From a virus: a stretch of 64,000 nt of DNA. The translations under genes and the position numbers were made by a program. Below the pieces are notes generated by a model. The model worked only from the letters and a program-made list of their open reading frames with translations. It searched no databases and had not been told where the DNA came from. Numbering within the stretch: position 1 is the stretch's first letter; every line of letters begins with the position of its first letter. The DNA lies in the IMG/VR virus record IMGVR_UViG_3300045988_117852, positions 75,613-139,612 of that record. One strand, 5' to 3'. Below are positions 8,428 through 18,416 of this stretch, piece after piece.

Positions 8428-9780
8428 ATGAATTTAAACGAAATGGAAATTCCTTGCGATCCAATTTTGGATAAGGCAAAGAGAGATGAACTGGTGCAGA
8501 ATACAGAACTTTTAAAACAAGTTACGATCAAGCCGATTCCGTGGCTCCCTGGACGAGATTATATCACTACGGAACAGGTAGCACGATTTTTTGATGGAGA
8601 TGTTGACGAGGTTAAGAGATTGTGTACGAAGTATCGCAAAGAGTTTTTAGACGATGGAATGGAAGTTAAGACGGTGCAGGAGATCATTGATGGTCAGGAC
8701 GCAGCAACGGAAAAACAGAAGGGAAGAATCATGGTAACGTATCCGAACGGATTAAATATCTCATTCGGCTATAAAGGTGCTAAGGTGTTCACTCTTAAAT
8801 GCTTAATCAGATTATCTTTACTGATGGAAACTTCAAACCTTGCTGAGAGCGTAAGATATTATGTTTTTATCAACGATTATATCACGATAGAAGAACAGAG
8901 AGAACAAGAACAGGTAGAGGCAGGTGTGCAGCTTGTTGACACAACGGAAATTTTAGGCAGACGAATTGATCTGTATAGAAGTATTGAAGATCCGTTATTC
9001 CTTGCGAGAGATGTTGCAGAATGGATTGATTACAGTAAGAGAGATAATGGAAAATATAAGACAGACATGATGTTACAATCTGTTGATTCAGATGAAAAAT
9101 TTAAGACTAAAATTCTGACTGCCAACAATCTTGGCACTCAGAATTTAGGTCAATTAGACACTGATGGAAAAACTAAAGTTCCATTTTGGTTTCTGACAGA
9201 AGATGGACTCTATGAAGTATGTATGCAGTCACGCAAACCGATTGCAAAGCAGATGAAGAAACAGATTAAAGAGTATCTTAGAAACATTCGTAAGACAGGT
9301 GGTGCAGTTGACTTTGGAAAAGAATCACAGTTCATTGAACATTACTTCCCGTCATTTTCTGAGGATGTCAAGCTTGCTATGGTAACTGATCTACGAACAC
9401 AGAACAAAGAACTCAAAGAAGAGAATCAGAAACTACAGAACGATAACAAGTTATTAGCAGCGGAAATTTTGACGTGGGATGATCGCAATAAGATGAACGC
9501 TGGGATTAGGAAGTTGGCTGCGGTTACAGGGACACAATTCTCTGTTATGTGGAACGAGTTGTATAAGAACTTACAGTATAAATATCAGATTGATGTTAAG
9601 AAACGTGGAAAGAAACCATTTCTACAGTGGATTCAAGAACATGAATGGGATAAGGTACTGAAAGTCTTTTGTGCAATGTGTGAAGCTAGAAACCTATCTC
9701 CAACAGATATGTTCCAACAGACAGCACCAGTGGAAAATTTATATGATAATGAAGATGAGGATGATGAAGTATGGAATTAG
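8428..9780 (+). CDS. phage antirepressor-like protein (ORF6N/Bro-N-like region plus coiled coil), tentative
   Basis: AAGGTGG RBS. ~450 aa. A central region resembles Bro-N/ORF6N, and the C-terminus is coiled-coil. Confidence 0.35.
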   Translation: MNLNEMEIPCDPILDKAKRDELVQNTELLKQVTIKPIPWLPGRDYITTEQVARFFDGDVDEVKRLCTKYRKEFLDDGMEVKTVQEIIDGQDAATEKQKGRIMVTYPNGLNISFGYKGAKVFTLKCLIRLSLLMETSNLAESVRYYVFINDYITIEEQREQEQVEAGVQLVDTTEILGRRIDLYRSIEDPLFLARDVAEWIDYSKRDNGKYKTDMMLQSVDSDEKFKTKILTANNLGTQNLGQLDTDGKTKVPFWFLTEDGLYEVCMQSRKPIAKQMKKQIKEYLRNIRKTGGAVDFGKESQFIEHYFPSFSEDVKLAMVTDLRTQNKELKEENQKLQNDNKLLAAEILTWDDRNKMNAGIRKLAAVTGTQFSVMWNELYKNLQYKYQIDVKKRGKKPFLQWIQEHEWDKVLKVFCAMCEARNLSPTDMFQQTAPVENLYDNEDEDDEVWN

Positions 9781-10016
9781 AACAGGTTGTTCATTTCTTT
9801 GAACAGTTCTGCGGAATATCTTTTGTGTTATATGTGATTGTTTTTCTAGCTTGGTTATCGCTAAGAAAAATTGATCGTGAACATAATAAGGTATATTTAA
9901 GCAAATATATAGACGTATTAGAGGAAATATTAGAAGCTATTATGAAGCCTATGAAAGCAATTACGACATTATGGGTTATCGTAGCTTTCGGAATGCTTAT
10001 TTATCAGCTGATTTAA
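9771..10016 (+). CDS. small membrane protein
   Basis: Two hydrophobic helices (ISFVLYVIVFLAWL and ITTLWVIVAFGMLIY). Confidence 0.35.
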   Translation: MELEQVVHFFEQFCGISFVLYVIVFLAWLSLRKIDREHNKVYLSKYIDVLEEILEAIMKPMKAITTLWVIVAFGMLIYQLI

Positions 10017-10036
10017 TTCCATATAATAATTTTGGC

Positions 10037-10108
10037 AAAGAACCGAACGGAAGGTTCTTTTTATTTTACGGAAATATTTGACAGGAACCGATTTGGCAGG
10101 TCGGTTCT
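10037..10108 (+). terminator. Tandem hairpin terminators (AAGAACC…GGTTCTT-TTTTT, then GGAACCGA…TCGGTTC)
   Basis: Two stem-loops read directly; the first has a T-tract. Confidence 0.55.
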
Positions 10109-10338
10109 TTGTCAAATTTATTATACACAAACTAATGATTAACTAAACATAGAATTGTTAATAGGTAAGGTGTTGATTACATAGAGAACTAATAGGAATA
10201 GAATAGGTTTCTATTAGGATTGGCACACTAATAGTTGGAATTAAATGTTGATTTTATTCCTATTGGTTTACGGAATACAGTTATACAAAAATAATGAGTG
10301 TAGAGAAAAATAAGACAGTTTAGAAAGGAAGATGAAGA

Positions 10339-11433
10339 ATGAACCTACAGTTAGTAAAAACGGAAAATTTTAACGATTTATCGTGTGATTTTTATAGTTC
10401 TGAGGACGATATTTGGATGACAAGAAATCAAATTGGAGAAGCACTGGAATATGCAGATCCAAGAAAAGCAATTCAAAATATTCACGATAAGAACAAGGCT
10501 CGGTTTATTGGAAAATCAAGTGTCCTCAAAACGAGGACGGTTGATGGAAGGCATAGGGAAACAGTTGTATATAATGAGTTGGGAGTATTTGAAATATGTA
10601 GATTAAGTCGTCAGCCAAAAGCAGATGCCTTTATGGACTGGGCGTGGAATGTTATCAAAGCTTATCGCCATGGAAAATTAAGAACAGGAACTTCTGTAAC
10701 AACAGTAGAACAGTTTCTTACAGAGCAGACAGAACTTATGAAGCAGATGGAAAGAAACAATGAACGCCTGTATAAAGTTACTATCAAGGGATTTAATCAG
10801 CTGGCAGATATTGTTAAAGAAATGAAAGCCGAACGGAAAGAACTGTATAAGCAGATCGGCAAACCTACGAAAGATATTCCAGTCGTAGATACTGAAAGTG
10901 TTATTGCAGAATACAAACTCAATGAATGGAAATCCAATGTCTATTCTATTATTGATGATATTCTAAAAGAATCTGACGAACTAGGAACAACTACTAGAGA
11001 TATTCTTAAAGAAGTATACAGGTATCTCACTAACACATATGGAATTGTGTGGGAGCAGGATCGGAAAGAATACAAGGAGAAATATAATATTAGCGAAAGA
11101 GGTAATGTACCAACGATTGATCTTTGCTATGACAAGTATCCTGATCTGCTAGTCAATTCATTGGAAAAAGTTTTACGGCAGTTTAGAAAAGAAAATGCAC
11201 AGCCTGATTGGGAAGAAATGAAGATCAAGATTACTAATTATGCTAATCATATTGGAAATAAATCTAAAGGTGGAACGTCTGTTTATCGGAAAATTTACAC
11301 TAAGATGACAGAGAATGGAGTTAACTGGGATGAGTATGCTCATGGAGTGCCTAAATCTCAACTTATTAAAACTAATGCAACTTTATACAATAGATTTTAT
11401 GAAGCTGCGGTGGAAATTATTTCAGAAGAATAG
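10339..11433 (+). CDS. Bro-N domain protein (antirepressor-like)
   Basis: The N-terminus has F.S.E...IW.TRNQIGEAL....K.....H..N, typical of the Bro-N/ORF6N DNA-binding domain. Confidence 0.5.
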   Translation: MNLQLVKTENFNDLSCDFYSSEDDIWMTRNQIGEALEYADPRKAIQNIHDKNKARFIGKSSVLKTRTVDGRHRETVVYNELGVFEICRLSRQPKADAFMDWAWNVIKAYRHGKLRTGTSVTTVEQFLTEQTELMKQMERNNERLYKVTIKGFNQLADIVKEMKAERKELYKQIGKPTKDIPVVDTESVIAEYKLNEWKSNVYSIIDDILKESDELGTTTRDILKEVYRYLTNTYGIVWEQDRKEYKEKYNISERGNVPTIDLCYDKYPDLLVNSLEKVLRQFRKENAQPDWEEMKIKITNYANHIGNKSKGGTSVYRKIYTKMTENGVNWDEYAHGVPKSQLIKTNATLYNRFYEAAVEIISEE

Positions 11434-11482
11434 AGAGGTGTGATATAATTATGACACAAAACGAAAAAGGAGTTGTCTCAAA

Positions 11483-11752
11483 ATGAATAAATTGGAAAAC
11501 CGAAAAGAAGAAGCTAAAGAATATAGGAAATTAGTTGATAAATGTTTAGCTTTAATGGATAAATACGTTGGAGTAACATTTGGAATTCCTGTATGGGTAG
11601 ATCGTGGCTCTCATACACTAGAGTTTAAAAAGAATGGAACTGATGAATGGAGACTCCTAACAAAAGAAGAAGTGTCTAATATTATTGAAAAATATGAGAT
11701 GTTAGATTCTGTAGCAGCAAAGATTACAAAAGAAACTAATATGGGATATTGA
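11483..11752 (+). CDS. hypothetical protein (89 aa)
   Basis: ORF with RBS AAAAGGAG. Confidence 0.4.
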   Translation: MNKLENRKEEAKEYRKLVDKCLALMDKYVGVTFGIPVWVDRGSHTLEFKKNGTDEWRLLTKEEVSNIIEKYEMLDSVAAKITKETNMGY

Positions 11753-11789
11753 AATGAAACAAATATTTGATCAGAAGGAATGAGAGTAA

Positions 11790-12374
11790 ATGGAAGATAG
11801 ATATATGTATGAAGATATGAGCAAAATTTTAAAAGATAGACAGATTGGAGATTTTAAATTGTCTCATTTTACAATAAGCAACCATAATGGATACGCCATG
11901 TGTCATGGAATTGCACCAGGAGATTATGTGAGATTAGAACATAGAGGAAGTGTCTTAATGTCTAATACACCAATGGAAAAAAGAACAAATGAAGATTTTG
12001 TAACAAATGCTCATGGGAAAGTTCTTATTGGTGGACTTGGAATTGGCTTGATTTTACTTGCGATTCAAGATGATCCAATGGTAGATAAGATAACTGTAGT
12101 AGAAAAGAATCAGGAAGTTATTGATTTGGTAGCAAGTCAGTTGCCATTGAGTAATAAGGTAGAAATCATCTGTTCAGATGTATATGATTATATCCCAGAA
12201 GATTGGTATAATACAATTTACATGGACATTTGGAGTTTTATCAACGAAGATATTTGTTATAACGAAATGTATCCACTGATGGATAAGTACGAACAATATT
12301 TAGATATTAATGATGAAGATAGATATCTTGATTGTTGGTGTAGATATGAGGCAGAGCATGGTATTAGAATTTAG
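11790..12374 (+). CDS. Rossmann-fold (SAM-methyltransferase-like) protein, tentative
   Basis: VLIGGLGIGL glycine-rich loop, followed by acidic-loop motifs. Confidence 0.3.
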   Translation: MEDRYMYEDMSKILKDRQIGDFKLSHFTISNHNGYAMCHGIAPGDYVRLEHRGSVLMSNTPMEKRTNEDFVTNAHGKVLIGGLGIGLILLAIQDDPMVDKITVVEKNQEVIDLVASQLPLSNKVEIICSDVYDYIPEDWYNTIYMDIWSFINEDICYNEMYPLMDKYEQYLDINDEDRYLDCWCRYEAEHGIRI

Positions 12375-12391
12375 AAATTGAGGTGATGGAA

Positions 12392-12619
12392 ATGATTAAG
12401 ATTTTTAAAGATATGAGTGATAGCGACTTAAAATCTATTTGGGAAAAATATGTTAGGGCTAAAGAAGTTGGAAAAACCTGTGAAAGCTTTAGAGAATATG
12501 CGAGAAAGTGGAAAAATGAACTTTATTCAGAAGACACTTTGCAATTCTCAGGGCTTGTAATCGCAGTGGAACAACAATTTTTTGAAGAAATAGCGAAAAG
12601 ATATTTTGAAAAGGAATGA
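12392..12619 (+). CDS. hypothetical small protein
   Basis: ATG after GGTGATGGAAATG. Confidence 0.35.
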   Translation: MIKIFKDMSDSDLKSIWEKYVRAKEVGKTCESFREYARKWKNELYSEDTLQFSGLVIAVEQQFFEEIAKRYFEKE

Positions 12620-12625
12620 TGTAAA

Positions 12626-12982
12626 ATGGAAATATTAACATTGAAGGGCAATGGAAAATCTAAATTTCTCAGTGATGTTATTGATAGTTCTCGATCAGAA
12701 AAATGCTTTGTAATCACATTTGAAGATGAAAACATTTCTCGCAGTCTGTTTTCAAGATGTGATAATTTTATTTTAGATGATTCGCAGAGTATTAAAGAGG
12801 AAATGGAAAAATATTTAGGAATTGTTGAAAATTGGAGTGACAAACTGGAATATTTAATAATATATAGTATAGATAAATCCGAAAAAGATATGATCAATTG
12901 TGATGTATATTATTTATTAAATCAGATTAAAGATCAACCGTTCTTTAAAGAGCTAACTTGCATTGTAGCTTGTAAAGAATAA
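12626..12982 (+). CDS. hypothetical protein (118 aa)
   Basis: ORF. Confidence 0.4.
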   Translation: MEILTLKGNGKSKFLSDVIDSSRSEKCFVITFEDENISRSLFSRCDNFILDDSQSIKEEMEKYLGIVENWSDKLEYLIIYSIDKSEKDMINCDVYYLLNQIKDQPFFKELTCIVACKE

Positions 12983-13006
12983 AGTAATTAAAAAGGAGTG
13001 ATTAAA

Positions 13007-13501
13007 ATGGAAAAATCTAAGGCATATACACCAGAAAAACCATATATGTGTGTTTACGAAACAAAAGAAGATGGAATTGGTTATGCGACATTTGACAACG
13101 AAGAGGCTTTAATGGAATTGTTAAATGAGTGCAGAGAAAACGGAGATAAGATTTTAGATGCCTGCAAGGTTGAGGATCGTTATGAATTCAAAGATGGAAA
13201 ATTTGAGTCTAAATATCAAAGAATGTATGAATATGCAGTCATTAAAGCGATCAAAGATAAGCATAAGGAATTATGTAATAAATTAAGAAAAGTAATTAAT
13301 GAAAGGATCGCTATAGAAGAAAAACTAGCAGATACAAACATGCCGTATCAAAAATATATGCATTTATTGCGTGAGAAAGAGGATATTGAAAAAAAAGAAG
13401 AAAAGTTAAGTCAGAGGAAACAAATCGTAAGAGATATGTTAGATGTCTGCTATGAAGCGGTATGGGAATGTGATGATCATATAGATAAAATGAAACTTTG
13501 A
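13007..13501 (+). CDS. hypothetical protein (coiled-coil)
   Basis: AAAAGGAG RBS precedes the ATG at 13007. Confidence 0.4.
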   Translation: MEKSKAYTPEKPYMCVYETKEDGIGYATFDNEEALMELLNECRENGDKILDACKVEDRYEFKDGKFESKYQRMYEYAVIKAIKDKHKELCNKLRKVINERIAIEEKLADTNMPYQKYMHLLREKEDIEKKEEKLSQRKQIVRDMLDVCYEAVWECDDHIDKMKL

Positions 13502-13520
13502 TAGAAAGGAAGTTGGATAA

Positions 13521-14249
13521 ATGAGAGAAAATGCTAGGAAAGAAGGAGATTATATAATATCAGAAGATGCTCTTGGAACATCATATAAACACCCATCATT
13601 TGGAATGTTATCATTCAATCGTACTCATGGCGGGCATAGCAATTTATTTGGCAGTAGCATTCAGCATAACGATACAATCCATATGGTATTAAGGGAAGGT
13701 GTGGTTACAAGGGGACTCAATGATGATTGGTATGTTGGAGAAGATGAGATTCTGGAAGTAGAAATGTCACAATCACAATTTGCGGAATTAATTACTTCTA
13801 TGAATGTTGGAACAGGTACTCCATGTACTATTAAATATTTACGTGGTAAAGGACGTATTAACGAAGCGGATTTTATCAATAAAAGACAGCAGATAACAAA
13901 TGAATTTAAAGAGTCTATGAACGAGCGTATGAGCGATGCAAAAGAATTTTATAATGAAGTCAAGGAGCTTTTTACTACGAAGAAATCTATTGGAAAAGGC
14001 GATCGAGAAATGATTTTGAAAAGACTTGCCAACGTGACTCAAGGTATGGAATCTAGTTCAAAATTTATCTTTGATCAATTTCAAAATCAGATAGACAAAA
14101 CAATTACAGAAGCTAAAGGAGAAATCGAGGCTTTTGCACAGAATAAAATTAATGCAATAGCCCAACAAGCTCTTGTAGAACAGAAAGAAGATATTTTAAA
14201 ATTAGAGAATCCTGTTGATGTAAATCATATGGAACTTGATGAAGAATAA
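13521..14249 (+). CDS. hypothetical protein (242 aa)
   Basis: GGAAGTTGG RBS; ORF. Confidence 0.45.
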   Translation: MRENARKEGDYIISEDALGTSYKHPSFGMLSFNRTHGGHSNLFGSSIQHNDTIHMVLREGVVTRGLNDDWYVGEDEILEVEMSQSQFAELITSMNVGTGTPCTIKYLRGKGRINEADFINKRQQITNEFKESMNERMSDAKEFYNEVKELFTTKKSIGKGDREMILKRLANVTQGMESSSKFIFDQFQNQIDKTITEAKGEIEAFAQNKINAIAQQALVEQKEDILKLENPVDVNHMELDEE

Positions 14250-14402
14250 AACGAAAATTTGATAGGTGGTGGTACGAATGGTGGATTGGGATCAACATAA
14301 ATGTATAAAGGAGCGTTCCCTGCACATTTGACTAGGTTGCTAGTGGAAATTTCTAATTGCTGGGTAGAATCTATGTCTGAAAAATAATGTATATTATAGG
14401 AG

Positions 14403-14591
14403 ATGATAAGAATGGAAAGTATTTATAAAAGAAGGGCAGATAGTGACTTGATTGTGGAATACAAACAATTTGAAAATAAAATGAAAAATGGTAAATTAAC
14501 TGTACACGAACAAAGAATGTATGTTACATTACTATCTGAAATTTCTGATCGTTGGATAAAACAGAATGAAATTGAAAGAGGTGCTAAATGA
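14403..14591 (+). CDS. hypothetical small protein
   Basis: TAGGAG RBS. Confidence 0.35.
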   Translation: MIRMESIYKRRADSDLIVEYKQFENKMKNGKLTVHEQRMYVTLLSEISDRWIKQNEIERGAK

Positions 14592-14833
14592 GAAAACCAA
14601 TAACAAAATGTCCGCACTGCGGAAGTGATCGTGGAATGGCTGTTAGGTTTAAAGCTACTGGAACCGATATATATAGTTTTGATGGACATTTTCAAGATAA
14701 AGAAATTATTGAATACTGTACATATAATAAATGTATGACATGCTGTGACTGTGGTAAACGTATAATGAGTTATGATGAATTTATGACACATTATGCAATC
14801 GATGAATTAACAGGTAAGCATTTAAAACAGTGA
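14588..14833 (+). CDS. zinc-ribbon protein
   Basis: CPHCGS…CCDCGK: two CxxC pairs. Confidence 0.4.
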   Translation: MRKPITKCPHCGSDRGMAVRFKATGTDIYSFDGHFQDKEIIEYCTYNKCMTCCDCGKRIMSYDEFMTHYAIDELTGKHLKQ

Positions 14834-14873
14834 AAGGAGAATTTTATCTCCACATATAGAGGGGAGCGATGCC

Positions 14874-15593
14874 ATGAGTAACACAGGATGGATTAAACTC
14901 CATCGGAAAATTACAGATCATTGGCTATGGGAAGACAAACCATTTGCCAGAGGACAAGCAATGATTGGCTTACTGATTCTCGCAGGTTATAATGATCAAC
15001 CTAAGTATGTTGATGGAAACTTAGAAACAGTCGAGCGAGGATCGATGGTTACTTCGATCAGAAGATTGTGTGATCGATGGGGGTGGAGTAATTCAAAGGT
15101 TGTCAAATTTTTAAAGACACTGGAAAACGACAGTATCATACATGTAAAAAGCGACACTAAAAAGACAGTCATAACCATAGTAAATTACAGTGTTTATCAA
15201 GGTTTTGTAGATGAAAAAACTACACAGAAACGACACCAAAACGACGCAGAAGCGACACATAAAAAGAAAGTAAAGAATAATAATAAATATAATAATAATA
15301 TAAAGCGATTCACACCGCCTGATTGCGAGCAAGTCTCCAGATATTGTCAACAAAGAAACAATGGGATTGATCCAGAAGAGTTTGTGGATTATTACACAGC
15401 CAAAGATTGGATGATGGGCAATAGCAAGATGCAAGACTGGAAGGCAGCAGTACGAAACTGGGAACGAAATCAGGCTAAGAAGAACGCTAAACAAAAGCCA
15501 AAGGTAACGAACCTTGCACACTTGGAATGTGATCGTGATTATGATTTTGGTGCGTTGGAAAGACAGTTGTTTGAGAAGCAGATGACAGGATAA
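14874..15593 (+). CDS. phage replisome organiser / DnaD-like replication initiation protein
   Basis: The N-terminus GWIKLHRKI.DHWLW.D.....A...L...A......V.G....RG....S...L...WGWS..KV..FL..LE is the phage_rep_org_N signature. The C-terminus is DnaD-like (FTPP….YY….W). Confidence 0.6.
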   Translation: MSNTGWIKLHRKITDHWLWEDKPFARGQAMIGLLILAGYNDQPKYVDGNLETVERGSMVTSIRRLCDRWGWSNSKVVKFLKTLENDSIIHVKSDTKKTVITIVNYSVYQGFVDEKTTQKRHQNDAEATHKKKVKNNNKYNNNIKRFTPPDCEQVSRYCQQRNNGIDPEEFVDYYTAKDWMMGNSKMQDWKAAVRNWERNQAKKNAKQKPKVTNLAHLECDRDYDFGALERQLFEKQMTG

Positions 15594-15614
15594 GTTTGAC
15601 GAAAGGATGGAAAA

Positions 15615-16079
15615 ATGTCAGAAAATATTTATATTCACTACGGAAGTGATAAGTTTGAGAAAGAGTTGTTTATGTCAATTGTGAACAGAAACATGATTAA
15701 CAAACCATTTGGAGGTTTATGGGCATCGGATATAAAGGCGGATCAGCCGTGGGAGAAATGGTGTATTGATAATGATTTTAGAATTGATAAACTAGACAAA
15801 AACTTTAAATTTACATTGGATGATTCGGCAAATATTGTTGAATGGACAGCGAAAGCCGATTTAAAGCAGGTTCCAACGCAAGATCTATCGGGATATCTCC
15901 CAGAATATTTATTTGATACAATGGGCGTTGTGCCAGATTTTGAGAAGATGGTCGAAGATGGAGTTGATGCAATTAAGCTTAATTTATCCAAAGGTGATTA
16001 TGAGTTATATTATGAGCTTTACGGTTGGGATTGTGATAGTATTCTGATCATGAATCCTGATATTATTAGACCATTGTAG
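15615..16079 (+). CDS. hypothetical protein (154 aa)
   Basis: AAGGATGG RBS. Confidence 0.4.
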   Translation: MSENIYIHYGSDKFEKELFMSIVNRNMINKPFGGLWASDIKADQPWEKWCIDNDFRIDKLDKNFKFTLDDSANIVEWTAKADLKQVPTQDLSGYLPEYLFDTMGVVPDFEKMVEDGVDAIKLNLSKGDYELYYELYGWDCDSILIMNPDIIRPL

Positions 16080-16231
16080 AAATTGAATAACAGAATGAGA
16101 TTGAGAAGCTTATGGCTTCTTTTTATTTTGCCTAAATTTAGAGAATAGGAGTAAGAATTATGGAATTAATCGAAGTAGAAATTAGACCAGAAGTACGTGA
16201 ACAGTGCAATAATTAGAGAGGAGAGATTATC

Positions 16232-17182
16232 ATGGCAGCAACACAGTTTGAAGTTATTGAAACAGTAAACAATAATAACGCAGAAGAATCTGAAACAAAG
16301 ATTAAAAGACGTAAGGATGGAAGTCCTAAATGGACTCGATCTAACAAACAAAAAGGCGTATCATCTTTAGTGTATCCGATCAAGGACAGAAAACAATTTG
16401 CAGCCTTTAATGCATATTTTAGAGACCAGATTGATAAATCGTACACAGAGTACAAACGATATGTAGCTGCCAGAAACAATCTTTTGGTTGCAGTTGGAAA
16501 CAATACAGCATATCGTATCTCTGATATCGTCAGACTCAAATGGGGCGATTTATTAGACGATAAGACTCGTAAGCAGGAAAAGAAAACAAAGAAATTCAGA
16601 ACTGTATACTTTAACGATTTGGTAACTGAAGCAGTGGATATTTTCTTTGAAGCTGTTGCAGGAACTAAATATGATGTCAAGATTGATGGCGAAGTGCCAA
16701 TGGATGATTATGTTTTTGGAACATGTAAGTCTGGATCAGGACACATGACTGAAGCAAATGCTTTGGATTTTGTTAAAAAAGGTGCTAAAGCAGTTGGAAT
16801 TGAGGACAATATTGGTACGCATACATTACGAAAGAACTTTGTGTATTGGACACTTGTCGATCATAAAGATGATCAGAACGTATTGTATACACTTATGAGA
16901 TTATTGAATCATAGTAGCCCTGCAATGACATTTCTGTATGCAACAATCACAGAGGAAGAAACTCATGTATTGTTTGATGATATTGCGCAGACATACAAGG
17001 AAATTATCAGTGGGGCTTTTAACGGATTGAAGGAAAATGTTGTTAATGTGAGTTATGATAGAGTTATGGAGATTATCAAGTTTGCTTATAAGACTGGCAA
17101 AGATGATGCAGATCAAGATGATAGAGTACATGAAGATAATATGCAGGCATTAGAAGAGTTATTGGAAGGAGTAATTGTATGA
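16232..17182 (+). CDS. tyrosine site-specific recombinase (phage integrase family)
   Basis: Catalytic-domain landmarks read in order: RISDIVRLKWGDL (Arg box), THTLRKNF (HxxR), LLNHSSPAMTFLYA (box II with Tyr). Confidence 0.65.
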   Translation: MAATQFEVIETVNNNNAEESETKIKRRKDGSPKWTRSNKQKGVSSLVYPIKDRKQFAAFNAYFRDQIDKSYTEYKRYVAARNNLLVAVGNNTAYRISDIVRLKWGDLLDDKTRKQEKKTKKFRTVYFNDLVTEAVDIFFEAVAGTKYDVKIDGEVPMDDYVFGTCKSGSGHMTEANALDFVKKGAKAVGIEDNIGTHTLRKNFVYWTLVDHKDDQNVLYTLMRLLNHSSPAMTFLYATITEEETHVLFDDIAQTYKEIISGAFNGLKENVVNVSYDRVMEIIKFAYKTGKDDADQDDRVHEDNMQALEELLEGVIV

Positions 17183-17925
17183 TATTTGTAACAGGAGATA
17201 CACATGGGGATTGGATAACTCGATTAAACAGTCGTTCTTTCCCAGAGGGAGTTGAGTTAACCAAAGATGATTATGTGATTATCTGCGGAGATTTTGGACT
17301 GTGGCATGACACAAAAGAAGAACGATATAATCTGGAATGGTTAGATAACAAGCCATTTACTACATTGTTTGTATGTGGGAATCATGAAAATTACGACCGC
17401 TTATATCAATATCCTGTAGAGAAATGGTGTGGCGGAAAGATTCACAAGATCAAAGACTCTGTATTTCATCTTATGCGTGGACAGGTGTTTGAAATTCAAG
17501 GAAAGAAATTCTTTACATTTGGCGGTGCCAGTTCCCATGATGTGCAAGATGGAATTTTAGAGCCAGACGATCCAAGAATTAATGAATGGTACAGAGATTA
17601 TGACAAAATGTTTAGGATTAATCATGTGAGCTGGTGGAAAGAAGAATTGTCATCTGATAAAGAGATGGCAGAAGGTGTGATGAATTTAGAGAAAAATGAC
17701 TTCCAAGTAGATTACGTTATTACACATAGTCCATACACATCTGTTTTAAGACAAATGGATCAAGGATCAGGAGTGTACAAATCTGACAAGTTAACGGATT
17801 ATTTACAGCAAATAAAAGACAAAGTGATTTATCAAAAATGGTTCTTTGGGCATATGCATGTGAACCAGAACTTTCCAGGAAATAATGCGATTGCAATTTA
17901 CGAACAAATTATTAGGATTTTATAG
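17179..17925 (+). CDS. metallophosphoesterase (calcineurin-like Ser/Thr phosphatase)
   Basis: GDTHGD, GDFGLW and GNHE motifs are present in canonical order. Confidence 0.7.
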   Translation: MIFVTGDTHGDWITRLNSRSFPEGVELTKDDYVIICGDFGLWHDTKEERYNLEWLDNKPFTTLFVCGNHENYDRLYQYPVEKWCGGKIHKIKDSVFHLMRGQVFEIQGKKFFTFGGASSHDVQDGILEPDDPRINEWYRDYDKMFRINHVSWWKEELSSDKEMAEGVMNLEKNDFQVDYVITHSPYTSVLRQMDQGSGVYKSDKLTDYLQQIKDKVIYQKWFFGHMHVNQNFPGNNAIAIYEQIIRIL

Positions 17926-17936
17926 GAGAATTTTGT

Positions 17937-18257
17937 ATGAAGATAAATACGATTAGACAAAATAAGGAAGAAAAGAAAGCAAACCAGAATCTTATGTGGA
18001 TTTCAGCAGAGATTCCACCATTAAAACCAGATAATGCATCACGTTACATGAGGTATAAAACATATCCTGTTATTGTGGATTACAAATATAATGATGGATG
18101 TGTGGACGAAGTGCTTGATTTTTGTGACTATGATTTTGAAGAAAAGAAATGGAAACTGGATAAGCCTCATAAAGTTAGACAGTATTTCCCCCTTCCAAGT
18201 AAGCACAAAGTAAAGTGTTCGAACAAAAAGAGAACATTTGTTCGAAAAATATCTTGA
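17937..18257 (+). CDS. hypothetical basic protein
   Basis: ORF. Confidence 0.35.
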   Translation: MKINTIRQNKEEKKANQNLMWISAEIPPLKPDNASRYMRYKTYPVIVDYKYNDGCVDEVLDFCDYDFEEKKWKLDKPHKVRQYFPLPSKHKVKCSNKKRTFVRKIS

Positions 18258-18338
18258 TTTTGTTCTATGGTAGCATTATAATAAGAAATGTAGAGATTCT
18301 TTGTTCACAATAAAAATTAACTTTCTTTCTTGCACCTA

Positions 18339-18367
18339 TTGACAGGGTGCAAAAAGTATGGTATATT
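18339..18367 (+). promoter_or_regulatory. Sigma-A-like promoter (TTGACA-17-TATATT) embedded in an inverted repeat TTGCACC…GGTGCAA
   Basis: The -35 hexamer lies in the loop of a 7-bp inverted repeat, a candidate operator, upstream of the MazF-like gene. Confidence 0.45.
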
Positions 18368-18416
18368 TAATTCATGAAAATAACAAATGCAACTGGGGAA
18401 AGTTGAGGGACGTAAA

